Below are positions 38,817 to 49,790 of a stretch of 56,482 nucleotides of DNA, piece by piece. This DNA comes from Ginsengibacter sp. (lineage in GTDB: Bacteria; Bacteroidota; Bacteroidia; Chitinophagales; Chitinophagaceae): contig JBDTJI010000171.1 in NCBI GenBank assembly GCA_039935935.1, forward strand, positions 1 through 56,482. Direction: 5' to 3'. The position numbers were made by a program, and so were the translations under genes. Below the pieces are notes generated by a model. It made no database searches and was not told the DNA's origin. It saw only the letters and a program-made list of their open reading frames with translations. Numbering within the stretch: the stretch's first letter is position 1; the number at the start of each line of letters is the position of its first letter.

Positions 38817-41447
38817 ATGATAAATCAGGATAATGCAGAAATTAAAAGACTGGAGAAAAATGCAACCAAAAAGGTTCCGCTGGTAAAGTGGGGGCCGTAT
38901 TTAAGCGAACGCCAATGGGGTACGGTTCGTGAAGATTATAGCAAGAATGGGGATGCATGGAATTACTTTCCTCACGATCATGCGCGCAGCAGGGTTTACC
39001 GTTGGGGGGAAGATGGATTGGGCGGGATTTCTGATATTAACCAGCAACTATGTTTTGCCATAGCCTTATGGAATGGCAAAGATCCAATTTTAAAAGAAAG
39101 ACTGTTCGGGCTGGGAAACCAGGAAGGAAATCATGGTGAAGATGTAAAGGAACTATACTATTATCTTGATAATCTTCCTACACATTACTATATGAAGTAT
39201 TTATACAAATATCCGCAGGCAGCTTATCCTTACCTGGATCTTCTTACTACCAATAAAAGCAGGAGTAAACAGGAAACGGAATATGAAATTTTAGATACAG
39301 GTATCTTCAATGATGACAAATACTTTGACATATATATAGAATATGCAAAAAATAATGATGAAGATATTTTCATAAAAATAGAAATCATAAACCGGGGAAA
39401 TGAAAAAGCCACTGTTAGCGTTTTGCCCACTTTGTGGTTTTATAATTACTGGCAATATGCTGAAGGTAAAACTAAACCGAACATCACTTTCTTAAATAAT
39501 CAGTCAGTAAAAGCAGAGCATGATCGCCTTGGCAATTATTATCTCTATTTTCAGCAATCTACAGATCTTCTTTTTACAGAAAATGAAACCAATTTCGAGA
39601 GAATTTTTCAACGATCCAATGCTGGTGAATTCGTAAAAGATGATTTTCATGATGCGATTATTAATGGGAAGAATTACCAAAAATTAAAAGATAAAAAACA
39701 GGGGACCAAATGTGCTTCAGTATATCATCTCGAAATAGAACCTAAACAATCTCAAAGTATTTATTTGCGACTTACCGATACTGAAAAGGCAGACTGTTTT
39801 CCAAATGATTTTGAAAATATTTTTAGTACAAGAAAAAAGGAAGCGGACGATTTTTATAATGCCATTCATCAGGGGCTAGTCAATGAAGATCAGAAAAATA
39901 TTCAACGGCAGGCATTTGCAGGATTGCTTTGGAACAAACAGTATTATCATTATGATGTGGACACATGGATCAATACAAGTGATGGCATTACCCCGGTATC
40001 TGAACAACGGAAAAAAGGCCGTAATCATCGTTGGAGGTATTTGAAAAACCAGGATATTTTATCAATGCCGGATAATTGGGAATATCCATGGTATGCTGCC
40101 TGGGATACCGCTTTCCATTGTATTACTCTGGCAATTATAGACCCGGTATTTGCCAAACATCAATTGACCTTACTAATGCGAGAATGGTATATGGATCCCC
40201 AGGGGCAATTGCCAGCTTATGAGTGGGATTTTGACGATGTAAACCCACCCCTGCATGCGTTCGCAGCCTTACAGGTTTACAGAACTGAACAAAAATTATA
40301 TGGTAAAACAGACATCGTTTTTTTGAAGAGCATCTTTCAGAAGCTGATCATCAATTTTACCTGGTGGATCAATAGAAAAGACGCAGATGGAAACAGCATT
40401 TTTGAAGGCGGATTTCTTGGGCTGGATAATATCGGTCTTTTTAACCGCAGCATGATACTCCCCGGAAATACACTGCTGGAACAGGCCGATGGCACGAGTT
40501 GGATGGGAATGTATGCGCTGGATATGATGAACATAGCCCTGGAAATAGCAATGAATGATGTGTCCTTTGAGGATACCGCTACCAAGTTTTATGAGCATTT
40601 TGTTATCATCGCGGAAGCGTTAAACGAAATGGGGTTGTGGAATGAAAAAGACAAAATGTTCTATGATATCCTTTCAGTGAACAAATCCGAACCGTTTCCT
40701 CTACGCATCCGATCCATTGTTGGGCTTTCACCTTTATTTGCAGTCACAGTGATTGAAAAAGAAATATTTGACAAACTTTCTGATTTCACCAAGCGGATGC
40801 AATGGTTTCAGGATTATCGCCAGTCTAAAAATTTATATTTACCAAGCCAGGTTAAAAGTAACAATGAATATACACTGCTATCCCTGGTAGATAAAGAACG
40901 ATTACAATTTTTGTGCGAAAGATTGTTGGACGAATCTGAGTTTTTATCTGACGGAGGAATAAGAGCTCTATCTAAATATTATCAGGAAAATCCATATTCT
41001 TTAGATTTTGGAGGCACCGTTTTCACCATACAATATGATCCCGGAGACTCCACTTCCGGGATGTTTGGCGGTAACTCCAATTGGCGTGGTCCTGTTTGGA
41101 TCCCTGTTAATTATCTTTTTATCAATGCCTTTAAAACTTATGGGCATTTTTATGGTGAGGATTTAAAAGTGGAATGTCCTAAAGGTTCCGGAAAGTATCT
41201 TACTCTGGATGAAGTGTGCACGCATATAAGCAGTAGGCTCTTGCATATTTTTGAAAAAAATGATAAGAACGAAAGAGTTAGTTATGGCTCTTACAATTGG
41301 TTTTACAAAAAACACGAAAACAATAACCTGGTATTATTTCATGAGTATTTTCACGGCGATTCATTGCGGGGCTTAGGAGCCAGCCATCAAACAGGATGGA
41401 CTGCCTTGATCGCTAATCTAATTCTTGATTTGAAAGAGGAAAAATAG
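38817..41447 (+). CDS. GH63-like (MGH1-like) glucosidase
   Basis: WGPYLSERQWGTVREDYS, EYPWYAAWD, GGFLGLDNIG, NWRGPVW, GASHQTGWT. Confidence 0.88.
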   Translation: MINQDNAEIKRLEKNATKKVPLVKWGPYLSERQWGTVREDYSKNGDAWNYFPHDHARSRVYRWGEDGLGGISDINQQLCFAIALWNGKDPILKERLFGLGNQEGNHGEDVKELYYYLDNLPTHYYMKYLYKYPQAAYPYLDLLTTNKSRSKQETEYEILDTGIFNDDKYFDIYIEYAKNNDEDIFIKIEIINRGNEKATVSVLPTLWFYNYWQYAEGKTKPNITFLNNQSVKAEHDRLGNYYLYFQQSTDLLFTENETNFERIFQRSNAGEFVKDDFHDAIINGKNYQKLKDKKQGTKCASVYHLEIEPKQSQSIYLRLTDTEKADCFPNDFENIFSTRKKEADDFYNAIHQGLVNEDQKNIQRQAFAGLLWNKQYYHYDVDTWINTSDGITPVSEQRKKGRNHRWRYLKNQDILSMPDNWEYPWYAAWDTAFHCITLAIIDPVFAKHQLTLLMREWYMDPQGQLPAYEWDFDDVNPPLHAFAALQVYRTEQKLYGKTDIVFLKSIFQKLIINFTWWINRKDADGNSIFEGGFLGLDNIGLFNRSMILPGNTLLEQADGTSWMGMYALDMMNIALEIAMNDVSFEDTATKFYEHFVIIAEALNEMGLWNEKDKMFYDILSVNKSEPFPLRIRSIVGLSPLFAVTVIEKEIFDKLSDFTKRMQWFQDYRQSKNLYLPSQVKSNNEYTLLSLVDKERLQFLCERLLDESEFLSDGGIRALSKYYQENPYSLDFGGTVFTIQYDPGDSTSGMFGGNSNWRGPVWIPVNYLFINAFKTYGHFYGEDLKVECPKGSGKYLTLDEVCTHISSRLLHIFEKNDKNERVSYGSYNWFYKKHENNNLVLFHEYFHGDSLRGLGASHQTGWTALIANLILDLKEEK

Positions 41448-41612
41448 CATAATTACTTCATTAATGGGAAGCCGTAGCGGTCCATACGTCTGGCGTCAGA
41501 ACGTGGTGGTAAATGAAGGCGTCTTGAAAGATTTGTGCTGTTATTTTGTAAAATAAAAAACTTCTTACTTTGATATCCGCTGTCTGACCTTCGGTGCCGT
41601 TACCGCGAAATT

Positions 41613-43022
41613 TTACTCTTCTTTCAGTTTCAGCAACGCCACACACTCTATGTGATGTGTGTGCGGAAACATATCAACCGGCTGTAGTTTTTCAACAGTA
41701 TATTTTTCGCATAGCAGTTGCAGATCACGAGCCTGGGTAGCTACGTTACAGCTTACATAAACCATTTTAGGAGCGCTTATTTCCAGTAGCTTATTCGTTA
41801 ATTTATTATGCAGACCAGCTCTTGGCGGATCAACAATGACTATATCAGGCATGCCATGCAATTTAAAAAATTCCCCATTGCATATCTCAATTACATCCCC
41901 GGAATAGAAAGACGCATGATTAATCTGGTTAAGACGCGCATTTTCTCTTGCATCATTTACTGCATCTTCTATTACATCTACACCTATTATTTTTTTAGTA
42001 TCGTTACTGAGAAATATTCCAATGCTTCCGGTGCCGCAATACAGATCGTACACTATTTCGCTACCATTTAATGCTGCAAATTCCTGCACCACCTTATAAA
42101 GATTTTCGGCCTGCTTGGTGTTGGTTTGAAAAAAGGACTTGGGAGAAATTTTAAAATTAAATTCGCCCAATTTTTCCACTATATAGCCTTTGCCATGCAC
42201 AATGCATGGGCTAAGGTCATTGAGACTATCATTCCATTTTGGATTGATGGTATATAAAAGTGTGGTGATTTGAGGTATTTCTTCTAACATAAAATGACAG
42301 ATGTTATCTCTCTCCTTTTTATCGTCATAACCGAAAACAACATTTACCATCAGTTCTCCGGTGGTACAATAGCGGATGACGAGATTCCGCAACCAGCCTT
42401 TGTGCTCTTTGATGTCATAATATGTGTAGCTATTTTTTTCAGTAAATTCTCTAAGTTTATTTCTGATCACATTATTTATATCATCCATTAACCAACATTC
42501 TTCGATCTCAATGATCTTATCGTACAGCCTCGGCACATGATAGCCAAGAGCGCCGCCCGGCCATTCTTCGTTGCCAAGTTCTTTCAATTGCTCACCTGTT
42601 AAAAATTTTTTATTGCTGAAAGTAAATTCCAGTTTGTTTCTATAGTGAACAGTGTCATCAGAGCCAATGATGGGAAGTACCAACGCATCTTTTAGTTTAC
42701 CAATTCTTTGGAACACATCTCTTGTTTCCTGTTCTTTATATTCTAACTGTTTATGATAAGGAAGCATCTGCCATTTACATCCACCACATATTCCAAAGTG
42801 GATACAAAAAGGGGTAACCCTTTCCGAACTATATTCTTTTATTTGAATAGTATTACCCTCGGACCAGTCCTTTTTGTTTTTTGTAAGTAACACATCAACT
42901 ATATCGCCCGGAACAGCGCCTTGAATAAAAATCACTTTTCCATTGACACGCGCAAGCGCTTTGCCTTCGGCTACATAGCCTGTCACGGGCACGTTTTCCA
43001 ATATTATTTTCTTTCTTTTCAC
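41613..43022 (-). CDS. rlmD: 23S rRNA (uracil-5)-methyltransferase RlmD
   Basis: TRAM domain, C.HFGICGGC, SFFQTN, DLYCGTG, DPPRAG, YVSCN, DMFPHT.H.E. Confidence 0.93.
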   Translation of the reverse strand: MKRKKIILENVPVTGYVAEGKALARVNGKVIFIQGAVPGDIVDVLLTKNKKDWSEGNTIQIKEYSSERVTPFCIHFGICGGCKWQMLPYHKQLEYKEQETRDVFQRIGKLKDALVLPIIGSDDTVHYRNKLEFTFSNKKFLTGEQLKELGNEEWPGGALGYHVPRLYDKIIEIEECWLMDDINNVIRNKLREFTEKNSYTYYDIKEHKGWLRNLVIRYCTTGELMVNVVFGYDDKKERDNICHFMLEEIPQITTLLYTINPKWNDSLNDLSPCIVHGKGYIVEKLGEFNFKISPKSFFQTNTKQAENLYKVVQEFAALNGSEIVYDLYCGTGSIGIFLSNDTKKIIGVDVIEDAVNDARENARLNQINHASFYSGDVIEICNGEFFKLHGMPDIVIVDPPRAGLHNKLTNKLLEISAPKMVYVSCNVATQARDLQLLCEKYTVEKLQPVDMFPHTHHIECVALLKLKEE

Positions 43023-43133
43023 GATTGCAAAAATAACTGATGAAAAGAGAAGCTAACCAAAATGTTAAGTATTTTGCCAGGTCTTTGATTCCAATCCAAA
43101 TTAAATATTTTTGTTTTCAATTACCTCCAACAA

Positions 43134-44585
43134 ATGAAAATATATTTAGCTTTTATCTTTATTACATGTAGTTACTTCTATTCAAGCGCACAGGGTTACA
43201 AAGTGACTTTGCAAGCCCCTGCTTATAATAGCGGCCTCGCCTATCTTACCTACTATTATGGTAAAAACATGAATGTGCAGGATTCCGCTATTGTAAATTC
43301 AAAAGGGACTGCCGTTTTTGAAGGCAAAGAAAAACTTATCCCGGGAGTCTATTCCATTGTTTTCCCGGGTAAAAATAAATTATATGACTTCCTGATTGAT
43401 GATGGACAAATGATCAACATTAAGGCAGATACCACTGATTTAACAAATAAAACCGTAGTAGCCGGCTCGGAAGAAAACAATCTTTTTCAACAGTACCAGA
43501 AATTTGTGGCTGAAAAAGGTGCTCTTTTGCAAAGTCAATTAGAGGCGTATAAAGGTTCAACTAACAAAAAAGACAGCTCCACTCATGAAATGAAGTATAA
43601 AGAATTGAATGAAGAATTGAATAATTACCGTAATGAAATAATAAAGGATCATCCTGAATCTATGCTGGCAGTCCTGCTTAACGCAATGAAGGAACCCAAG
43701 GTCTTAAACCCTCAACCTATTACCCGGCAGGATTCTCTTAATAATTACCAGTATTACAAAAAGCATTATTGGGACGGAATCACCTTTATGGATGATCGTA
43801 TCATACGTACTCCTTTCTTTTTGCCAAAGTTGGAGCAGTACTTCAGGAATGTAGTGCCTCCCGCTCCGGATTCTATTATCAAAGCGTCTGACTACCTGTT
43901 ATTGCTTTCAAGATCTGCACCGGATATGTACAAATTTCTTCTTAACTGGTTGACTGATGAATACATCAACCCAAAATATATGGGGCAGGATGCTGTATTT
44001 GTTCACCTTTATGAAAAATATCATTCCAAAGGTGTCTCCAACTGGCTCAATGAAAAACAATTAACATCTATTTCAAACCGGGCTTACATGCTAATGTCCA
44101 ATTTGATAGGAGAACAGGCTGCAAACCTGGAAATGGTGGACGCCAAAGGCAAATCCATTGCGTTATATAGTATTAACTCTGATTATATTGTTGTATGTTT
44201 CTGGGATCCGGAATGCAGCCATTGCCGTGTACAGGTACCACGCCTTGACTCTATTTATAACGCCAAGTGGAAAAAGGAAGGAGTAAAGATGTATGGGGTA
44301 CTCACCGAGACAAAAGATAAGGAACAATGGATAAAATTTATCCAGGAGCACAACATGAACGGATGGATCAATGTTTACGAAACGGATGCTCAGAAAAAAA
44401 TAGTGGAAGCTGCTAAAAGGCCTTCCTACAAACAATTATATGATGTAATACAAACACCTACATTGTACCTTTTGGATAAAGACAAAAAAATTATCGCCAA
44501 AAAATTGACGCTGGAGCAGATGAATGATGTACTGCAGGTGAAAATTAATAATAGCAACACTTCCGGAAAAAGTATTCAGAAATAA
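43134..44585 (+). CDS. Exported thioredoxin-like (TlpA/redoxin) domain protein
   Basis: Signal peptide, C-terminal FWDPECSHC and TPTLYLLD. Confidence 0.85.
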   Translation: MKIYLAFIFITCSYFYSSAQGYKVTLQAPAYNSGLAYLTYYYGKNMNVQDSAIVNSKGTAVFEGKEKLIPGVYSIVFPGKNKLYDFLIDDGQMINIKADTTDLTNKTVVAGSEENNLFQQYQKFVAEKGALLQSQLEAYKGSTNKKDSSTHEMKYKELNEELNNYRNEIIKDHPESMLAVLLNAMKEPKVLNPQPITRQDSLNNYQYYKKHYWDGITFMDDRIIRTPFFLPKLEQYFRNVVPPAPDSIIKASDYLLLLSRSAPDMYKFLLNWLTDEYINPKYMGQDAVFVHLYEKYHSKGVSNWLNEKQLTSISNRAYMLMSNLIGEQAANLEMVDAKGKSIALYSINSDYIVVCFWDPECSHCRVQVPRLDSIYNAKWKKEGVKMYGVLTETKDKEQWIKFIQEHNMNGWINVYETDAQKKIVEAAKRPSYKQLYDVIQTPTLYLLDKDKKIIAKKLTLEQMNDVLQVKINNSNTSGKSIQK

Positions 44586-44612
44586 TTCTAGAAAGAACTA
44601 ACCAAACATGTA

Positions 44613-46547
44613 ATGAAAAAGCTTTTGTGCCTGATTGTCCTTAATGCTTTTGTCTTTACCACTTACAGCCAGGTTCTTTTTTCTTACGGTGCACATAGTG
44701 TAAAGGCTGATGAATTTTTATATGCGTATAATAAAAATAAAACTGCTGCTTCCGATAGTGCTAAGTCTCTTCGGGATTATCTTGACTTGTTTATAAAGTT
44801 TAAATTAAAAGTGCAGGCAGCCCGCGATATGCATCTGGACACACTACCTTCTCTTATTGCTGAATTACAAAATTTTCGTAACCAGGTACAAGACATTTAC
44901 TTAAAGGATGAAAAAGAAGTAAACAGGCTATTAGATGAAGCGTTTAAACGAAGCCAGAAAGACATTCACGCTATTTATTATTTTGTGCCTTTGGATGAAA
45001 AAAACGATACTGCCTACGCTTTGAAAGCAATTAAAGAGGTAAAGTCGCTGTTGAAAAATGATAGTGAGAAAGATACACAGATACTTGCTGATATAAATCG
45101 AAAGTACAAGACAGTACAAAGCGGAGATTTAGGGTTTATTACAGTTTTTTCTTTACCGTACGATTTTGAAAATATGGTTTATGGATTAAAGCCAGGCCAA
45201 TCAAGTGAGCCATTCCGAACAAAAAAAGGCTGGTACCTATTTAAGAATGAAGGAGAGCGGAGTGCAGTTGGTAAAATAACAGTTGCTCAGATTTTGTTAG
45301 CCATACCTCCCGGATCTGGTGTTCTAAAAGAAATTGCCAAAAAGTTAGCTGACTCAATTTATGTTGTATTGATAAACGGTGGAGATTTTGGCGCCTTAGC
45401 ACGCCAGTTCAGCGACGACCGGAATACATTTATGAATGGAGGAATTATGCCTGAATTCGGCACTGCCAAATATGATTCTGTTTTTGAAAATCATGCTTTC
45501 GCGCTTCACAAGGATGGAGAGATTTCGCAGCCATTTGAAACTCAGTTTGGATACCATATTATCCGAAGAATTACCGCTGCCCCTATTCCTGGTGAAAAAA
45601 ATGAAACATTTATATATAATTTAAACCAAGAAGTTTTAAACGACAACCGAATCGACAAGGCTAAACAATTATTTGTAACTTCTATTTTGCCTAAAATTGG
45701 ATTTAAAAGAAATGAGATAAATGAACAGGATTTATGGAAGCTGAGCGACAGCTCAATGCTTGCTAACAAAAATATAATTTTAAATGGCCTAAGCGAAAAC
45801 AGTACTCTGTTTACTTACAATGACAATACGAAAACCACGGCACGCGATTGGATTTTGTATTTAAGAAATTCTGACAAAGACAAACAGGCTAAAAAGGACG
45901 AGTCATATAAAATACTGTTTGCCGATTTTGTCAGTGCCTCCGCTGTATCCAATTATTCATCAAGGCTACAGAACTTCAATGCTACATTCAAAAGCCAGGT
46001 GCAGGAGTTTGAGGAAGGTAGCCTGCTGTTTGAGGCAATGCAGCGCGAAGTGTGGGAAAAAGCATCTTTAGATAGAGCAGGACTTTTCAGTTTTTATAAT
46101 CGATATAAGCAAAAATATTTATGGGATGCAAGTGCAGAAGCAATTATATTTTCCTGCGCTAACAGAATCGTTGCTGATAACGGCATAGCACAGCTAAAAA
46201 AAAGGAAATCGTGGAAGGATATTGTCGGTCAAAATCCTGCACAAATTCAGGCCGACTCAGGCAGGTATGAACTTGGCCAGATACCGGTAGTAGATAGAAC
46301 TAATTTTACTACAGGATTAATAACAATGCCTGTTATCAATAAGAATGATGGCACCGCTGTCTTCTCCAAAATAGTTACCGTATATCCCCCCAACCAACAA
46401 CGAAGTTTTGAGGATGCTAAGGGACTGGTAATAAATGATTATCAAAATTATCTTGAACAAAAATGGTTGCGTGAACTGGAAAAAAAATATCCAATAAAGG
46501 TGCATCAGAAAGTACTTGAATCATTATTGCATTCACTACGTGGGTAA
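44613..46547 (+). CDS. Periplasmic parvulin-type peptidyl-prolyl isomerase
   Basis: Signal peptide, EF.YAY.KN, GDLG, FGALARQFSDD, ETQFGYHII. Confidence 0.88.
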   Translation: MKKLLCLIVLNAFVFTTYSQVLFSYGAHSVKADEFLYAYNKNKTAASDSAKSLRDYLDLFIKFKLKVQAARDMHLDTLPSLIAELQNFRNQVQDIYLKDEKEVNRLLDEAFKRSQKDIHAIYYFVPLDEKNDTAYALKAIKEVKSLLKNDSEKDTQILADINRKYKTVQSGDLGFITVFSLPYDFENMVYGLKPGQSSEPFRTKKGWYLFKNEGERSAVGKITVAQILLAIPPGSGVLKEIAKKLADSIYVVLINGGDFGALARQFSDDRNTFMNGGIMPEFGTAKYDSVFENHAFALHKDGEISQPFETQFGYHIIRRITAAPIPGEKNETFIYNLNQEVLNDNRIDKAKQLFVTSILPKIGFKRNEINEQDLWKLSDSSMLANKNIILNGLSENSTLFTYNDNTKTTARDWILYLRNSDKDKQAKKDESYKILFADFVSASAVSNYSSRLQNFNATFKSQVQEFEEGSLLFEAMQREVWEKASLDRAGLFSFYNRYKQKYLWDASAEAIIFSCANRIVADNGIAQLKKRKSWKDIVGQNPAQIQADSGRYELGQIPVVDRTNFTTGLITMPVINKNDGTAVFSKIVTVYPPNQQRSFEDAKGLVINDYQNYLEQKWLRELEKKYPIKVHQKVLESLLHSLRG

Positions 46548-46685
46548 TGGTATTCATTACTCTCCATGTAAAAAATCTTCTTTAGCAAATTTTTATATCC
46601 CTCATTTTTTAATTGGTAAGGGTAGGTAGTATTTTTGAAAAATTCAGAGCAAAAAACAAACTCTCTGTAAACTAAAACCTAAGCA

Positions 46686-47378
46686 ATGAAAAAACTATTA
46701 GCTCTTGCAATATTTGCAGGATTTTTTACGAATGTAAAATCACAAGTCTATGTACAGGGTGGTGTCAACTTTGCAAACATTAGTACGTCAAAATCCGGCT
46801 CTACCCAGAATATTAATATGCTAACTGCTTTTAATGCCGGTATTATGGCAAGATCCAATTCTACAGAACCTATTGCCCTTGAAGCTGGTTTGTTACTCAA
46901 AGGAAAAGGCGCTAAGTCAAACACTTACTTAACTTCATCGCCAGATGATAATTTTATAAAAACCACCTTTAATCCGCTTTATCTTGAGTTACCGGTTAAT
47001 TTTGTTCTTCGTTTGCCTCTTGAAAAGAGGAATAATATTTTTGTGAATGCAGGACCTTACATAGCAATGGGCATTGCCGGGAAGTCAAAAATAGAAACCA
47101 GGTTTTTAGGAGTAACGACTCATACTACAAGCGACATCAAGTTTAATAATGACGCCCCGTCAACCAGTCAGCAAGAAGATGCAAGCTATGATAAACTCAA
47201 AAAATTTGATTATGGGGTAAATGTGGGTGCAGGATTTGATGTAGGCAAGGTAATTATTAAAGCCAATTATGGGATAGGAATGGCTAAGATTAACTCTACA
47301 GAAACTGATAACAGTTCAAATAATAAAAATAAGTATCGTACTATATGTGTTTCTTTAGGAATACCATTGGGAAGGTAG
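46686..47378 (+). CDS. Outer-membrane beta-barrel (porin/PorT-like) protein
   Basis: Signal peptide, GGVNFA, YLELPVN, AGPY, FDYG..GAG. Confidence 0.82.
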   Translation: MKKLLALAIFAGFFTNVKSQVYVQGGVNFANISTSKSGSTQNINMLTAFNAGIMARSNSTEPIALEAGLLLKGKGAKSNTYLTSSPDDNFIKTTFNPLYLELPVNFVLRLPLEKRNNIFVNAGPYIAMGIAGKSKIETRFLGVTTHTTSDIKFNNDAPSTSQQEDASYDKLKKFDYGVNVGAGFDVGKVIIKANYGIGMAKINSTETDNSSNNKNKYRTICVSLGIPLGR

Positions 47379-47411
47379 TTATAAAAAGCTCTGAATAAAC
47401 CACTATGAAAT

Positions 47412-47440
47412 AAAATGCCGGCGTTTTTCGCCGGCATTTT
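47412..47440. terminator. Bidirectional intrinsic terminator
   Basis: AAAATGCCGGCG-ttttt-CGCCGGCATTTT between convergent genes. Confidence 0.85.
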
Positions 47441-47454
47441 TAGTGATTGTTTTT

Positions 47455-48408
47455 TTAAATGATTTCTTTTACTACATTAGCAATAACGTGAGGCTTACTT
47501 AATGTGTAGTAATGCAATACTGGAGCGCCCGCCTGTTTAAGTTCCCTGGATTGTTGTAGCAACCATTCGGTACCTACTATTTCTACTTCAGCATCGGTCT
47601 TGCATTTTATGATCTCATTGCTTAGTTCGGTAGGAATATCTACGTGGAAAGTCCTTGGAAGTACTGAAAGTTGCTTTTTTGTAGTGATTGGTTTCAGACC
47701 AGGAATAATAGGAACCTGTATCCCCGCGTCTCTGCAATTCTTTACAAACTCAAAATACTTATTGTTGTCAAAAAACATTTGAGTGGTGATGTAATCAGCG
47801 CCGGCCTCCACTTTCATTTTCAGATAGCGGAGATCACTTTGAAGGTTGGGCGCTTCAAAATGTTTTTCCGGATAGCCTGCTACTCCAATGCAGAACTTTG
47901 TTTTGTACCCATCGCGGATATCCTCTTCAAGATAAATTCCATGATTCAAATTTACTGCCTGTTTTAAAAGATCTATAGCATAAGCGTGACCTCCTTCTTC
48001 AGGCTCAAATAAAGTCTCATTCTTTGGTGCATCTCCTCTTAATACCAGGAGGTTGTCAATCCCAAGAAAAGCAAGATCAATTAAGGCATTTTCCGTTTCC
48101 TGGGTGTTAAATCCACCGCAAATTAAGTGGGGTACCGCGTCTACCTTATAATGATTCATAATGGCTGCACAGATACCAACAGTGCCGGGACGTTTACGCA
48201 CTTCTATTTTTTCAAAAGTACCATCCGCACGCTTTTTAAACACCTGTTCACTTCTGTGATAAGTAACATTGATGAACGCTGGTTTGAATTCCATCAGATG
48301 GTCGAGATTATTATAAATAGATTCAATCGTTTTTCCTTTTAACGGGGGTAAAATCTCAAACGAGACAGCAGTGCCCTTATGACCCAGTATATGATCGGTA
48401 ACTTTCAT
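47455..48408 (-). CDS. metF: 5,10-methylenetetrahydrofolate reductase
   Basis: SFEILPP, VPHLIC, LRGD, AGYPEKH, TQMFFD, LHYYT. Confidence 0.95.
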   Translation of the reverse strand: MKVTDHILGHKGTAVSFEILPPLKGKTIESIYNNLDHLMEFKPAFINVTYHRSEQVFKKRADGTFEKIEVRKRPGTVGICAAIMNHYKVDAVPHLICGGFNTQETENALIDLAFLGIDNLLVLRGDAPKNETLFEPEEGGHAYAIDLLKQAVNLNHGIYLEEDIRDGYKTKFCIGVAGYPEKHFEAPNLQSDLRYLKMKVEAGADYITTQMFFDNNKYFEFVKNCRDAGIQVPIIPGLKPITTKKQLSVLPRTFHVDIPTELSNEIIKCKTDAEVEIVGTEWLLQQSRELKQAGAPVLHYYTLSKPHVIANVVKEII

Positions 48409-48552
48409 TTTTTATAAAATAGATGCAAACATAAGCGGTAATGTAAAAAATGCAAAGAAGTAATTGAAAATTGTATTCGTTATAACGATGCTGCACCTTT
48501 ACTTGAATTAACCATCTGGTAATTGAACAGAGTTTCAGGATGCGCTTTTTCA

Positions 48553-49164
48553 CTAATGAATAAAAAAAGCCAGTATACCGGTAGCCACTAAAGTAGCGCC
48601 GGTAATAATTCCAGCATTGTGTTCCAACGTATGCCAGTTAAGTTTTAAAATTCCGCTGTACGCAAATCGTACTAATGTTACCATACCCACAGTCGTAATA
48701 ATGAGATACAGCGAGGCAATAAACCAGATAAGCCATTTTACCTGGGCACCTGCCAATAAAAAATAAGCTTCGATTTCCATGCACGGTGACAGGAACATGG
48801 CCAGAACAAGAGCGATGATGATGCTTCTTTTAGATGTCTTTTTTTTTATTTCGTCAATATGAAAATGCTTATGCCTGTGATGCCGGTAAATAAAAATAAT
48901 TCCTAAAAGGATTAAAATAGCCGGAGCAAAATAACGGGTAAAATGTTCAATTCTACCAGCCATTTGTGAGCCTAAAAATCCTAAAAGTAATCCAATAGAT
49001 ATGGTACTTAAGCCATGCGCCAGCGCTGCGATAAATGTTACCCGTGTTACTTCATGCAAAGTCCATTTTTCTTTGCGTCCGATAGCTATCACCGGTAGCC
49101 AGTGATTCGGAATAGTGGCATGCAAAAGACTTAAAATAACGCTACCACTGATAATACTGAACAT
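48553..49164 (-). CDS. His-rich membrane protein, RcnA/UreH-like putative Ni/Co transporter
   Basis: LHATIPNHW, AHG, HHRHKHFH loop, SPC; about 6 TM helices. Confidence 0.7.
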   Translation of the reverse strand: MFSIISGSVILSLLHATIPNHWLPVIAIGRKEKWTLHEVTRVTFIAALAHGLSTISIGLLLGFLGSQMAGRIEHFTRYFAPAILILLGIIFIYRHHRHKHFHIDEIKKKTSKRSIIIALVLAMFLSPCMEIEAYFLLAGAQVKWLIWFIASLYLIITTVGMVTLVRFAYSGILKLNWHTLEHNAGIITGATLVATGILAFFIH

Positions 49165-49361
49165 TAAAAGTATTTATTTGTATCAATGAATAATTCTCTT
49201 TAATAGAAGAAAAAGGACTGCAAGATAGTTTTATGGAATCCTTTTTTTGAAAATTATTTGCTGCCGCAATGAGCTTATCAAAAGTAATGCAAGGACACTA
49301 TTATTTTTTGAGAATCTTTCGCGTATCAATACTAATTGAGTGTCATGGAGTTTAGAAGTCT

Positions 49362-49566
49362 CTTATCATTCATTGCTGTATCCATTTCGCGAAACCGGAC
49401 ACGCCACAAAGTATTAAGAATTATAAAATTTTTTATGGGCTTTTAATGCCTCTGACTGCGCTTCCTTTACAGCTCATCCGGCGGAGGGCAACTTCGTCTG
49501 TGCAGAGGCATTATCAATGAATAAAATAGTGAGTGAAGCAGTTATTATTAACTTAACCATTTTCAT
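49362..49566 (-). pseudogene. Degraded 5' remnant of an exported thioredoxin-family gene
   Basis: MKMVKLIITASLTILFIDNASAQTKLPSA, then indels and a stop, KEAQSEALKAHK, and IILNTLWRVRFREMDTAMNDK, which matches an eroded F.ASWCGWC..MD motif. Confidence 0.6.
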
Positions 49567-49790
49567 TTTTATAAATTTTACGCACTCAATTTACAAAAAA
49601 ATAGTTAGCCATTTGAACCTTTCCTTGCTTTTCAGATTTATTGATACCGTGGTTTGTTGCCTTCACAAACCATTTATAATCTGCGACATCCGATGTCGCT
49701 ATCGGATTGAAATACACTCCTTTTCTGCTTTTCCAGATTTATTTCACAAAAAAATTGCATCTTTCATAGCTCATCGTACATTTGACATTT

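Noticed and set aside
41465-41520. GC-rich segment (AAGCCGTAGCGGTCCATACGTCTGGCG) faintly like group II intron domain V
   Set aside because: Pairing is poor, no domain VI or RT gene is present, and the resemblance could be chance.
48409-48552. SAM riboswitch upstream of metF
   Set aside because: A -7 box (TATGTTTG) lies only about 18 nt from the ATG, leaving no room, and no SAM-I/II consensus is seen.
49446-49511. ATGCCTCTG...CAGAGGCAT hairpin upstream of the His-rich Ni/Co transporter-like gene, suggesting a NiCo riboswitch or SRP RNA
   Set aside because: Core consensus residues of both RNAs match poorly, and the segment is better explained as coding remnant of the thioredoxin pseudogene.
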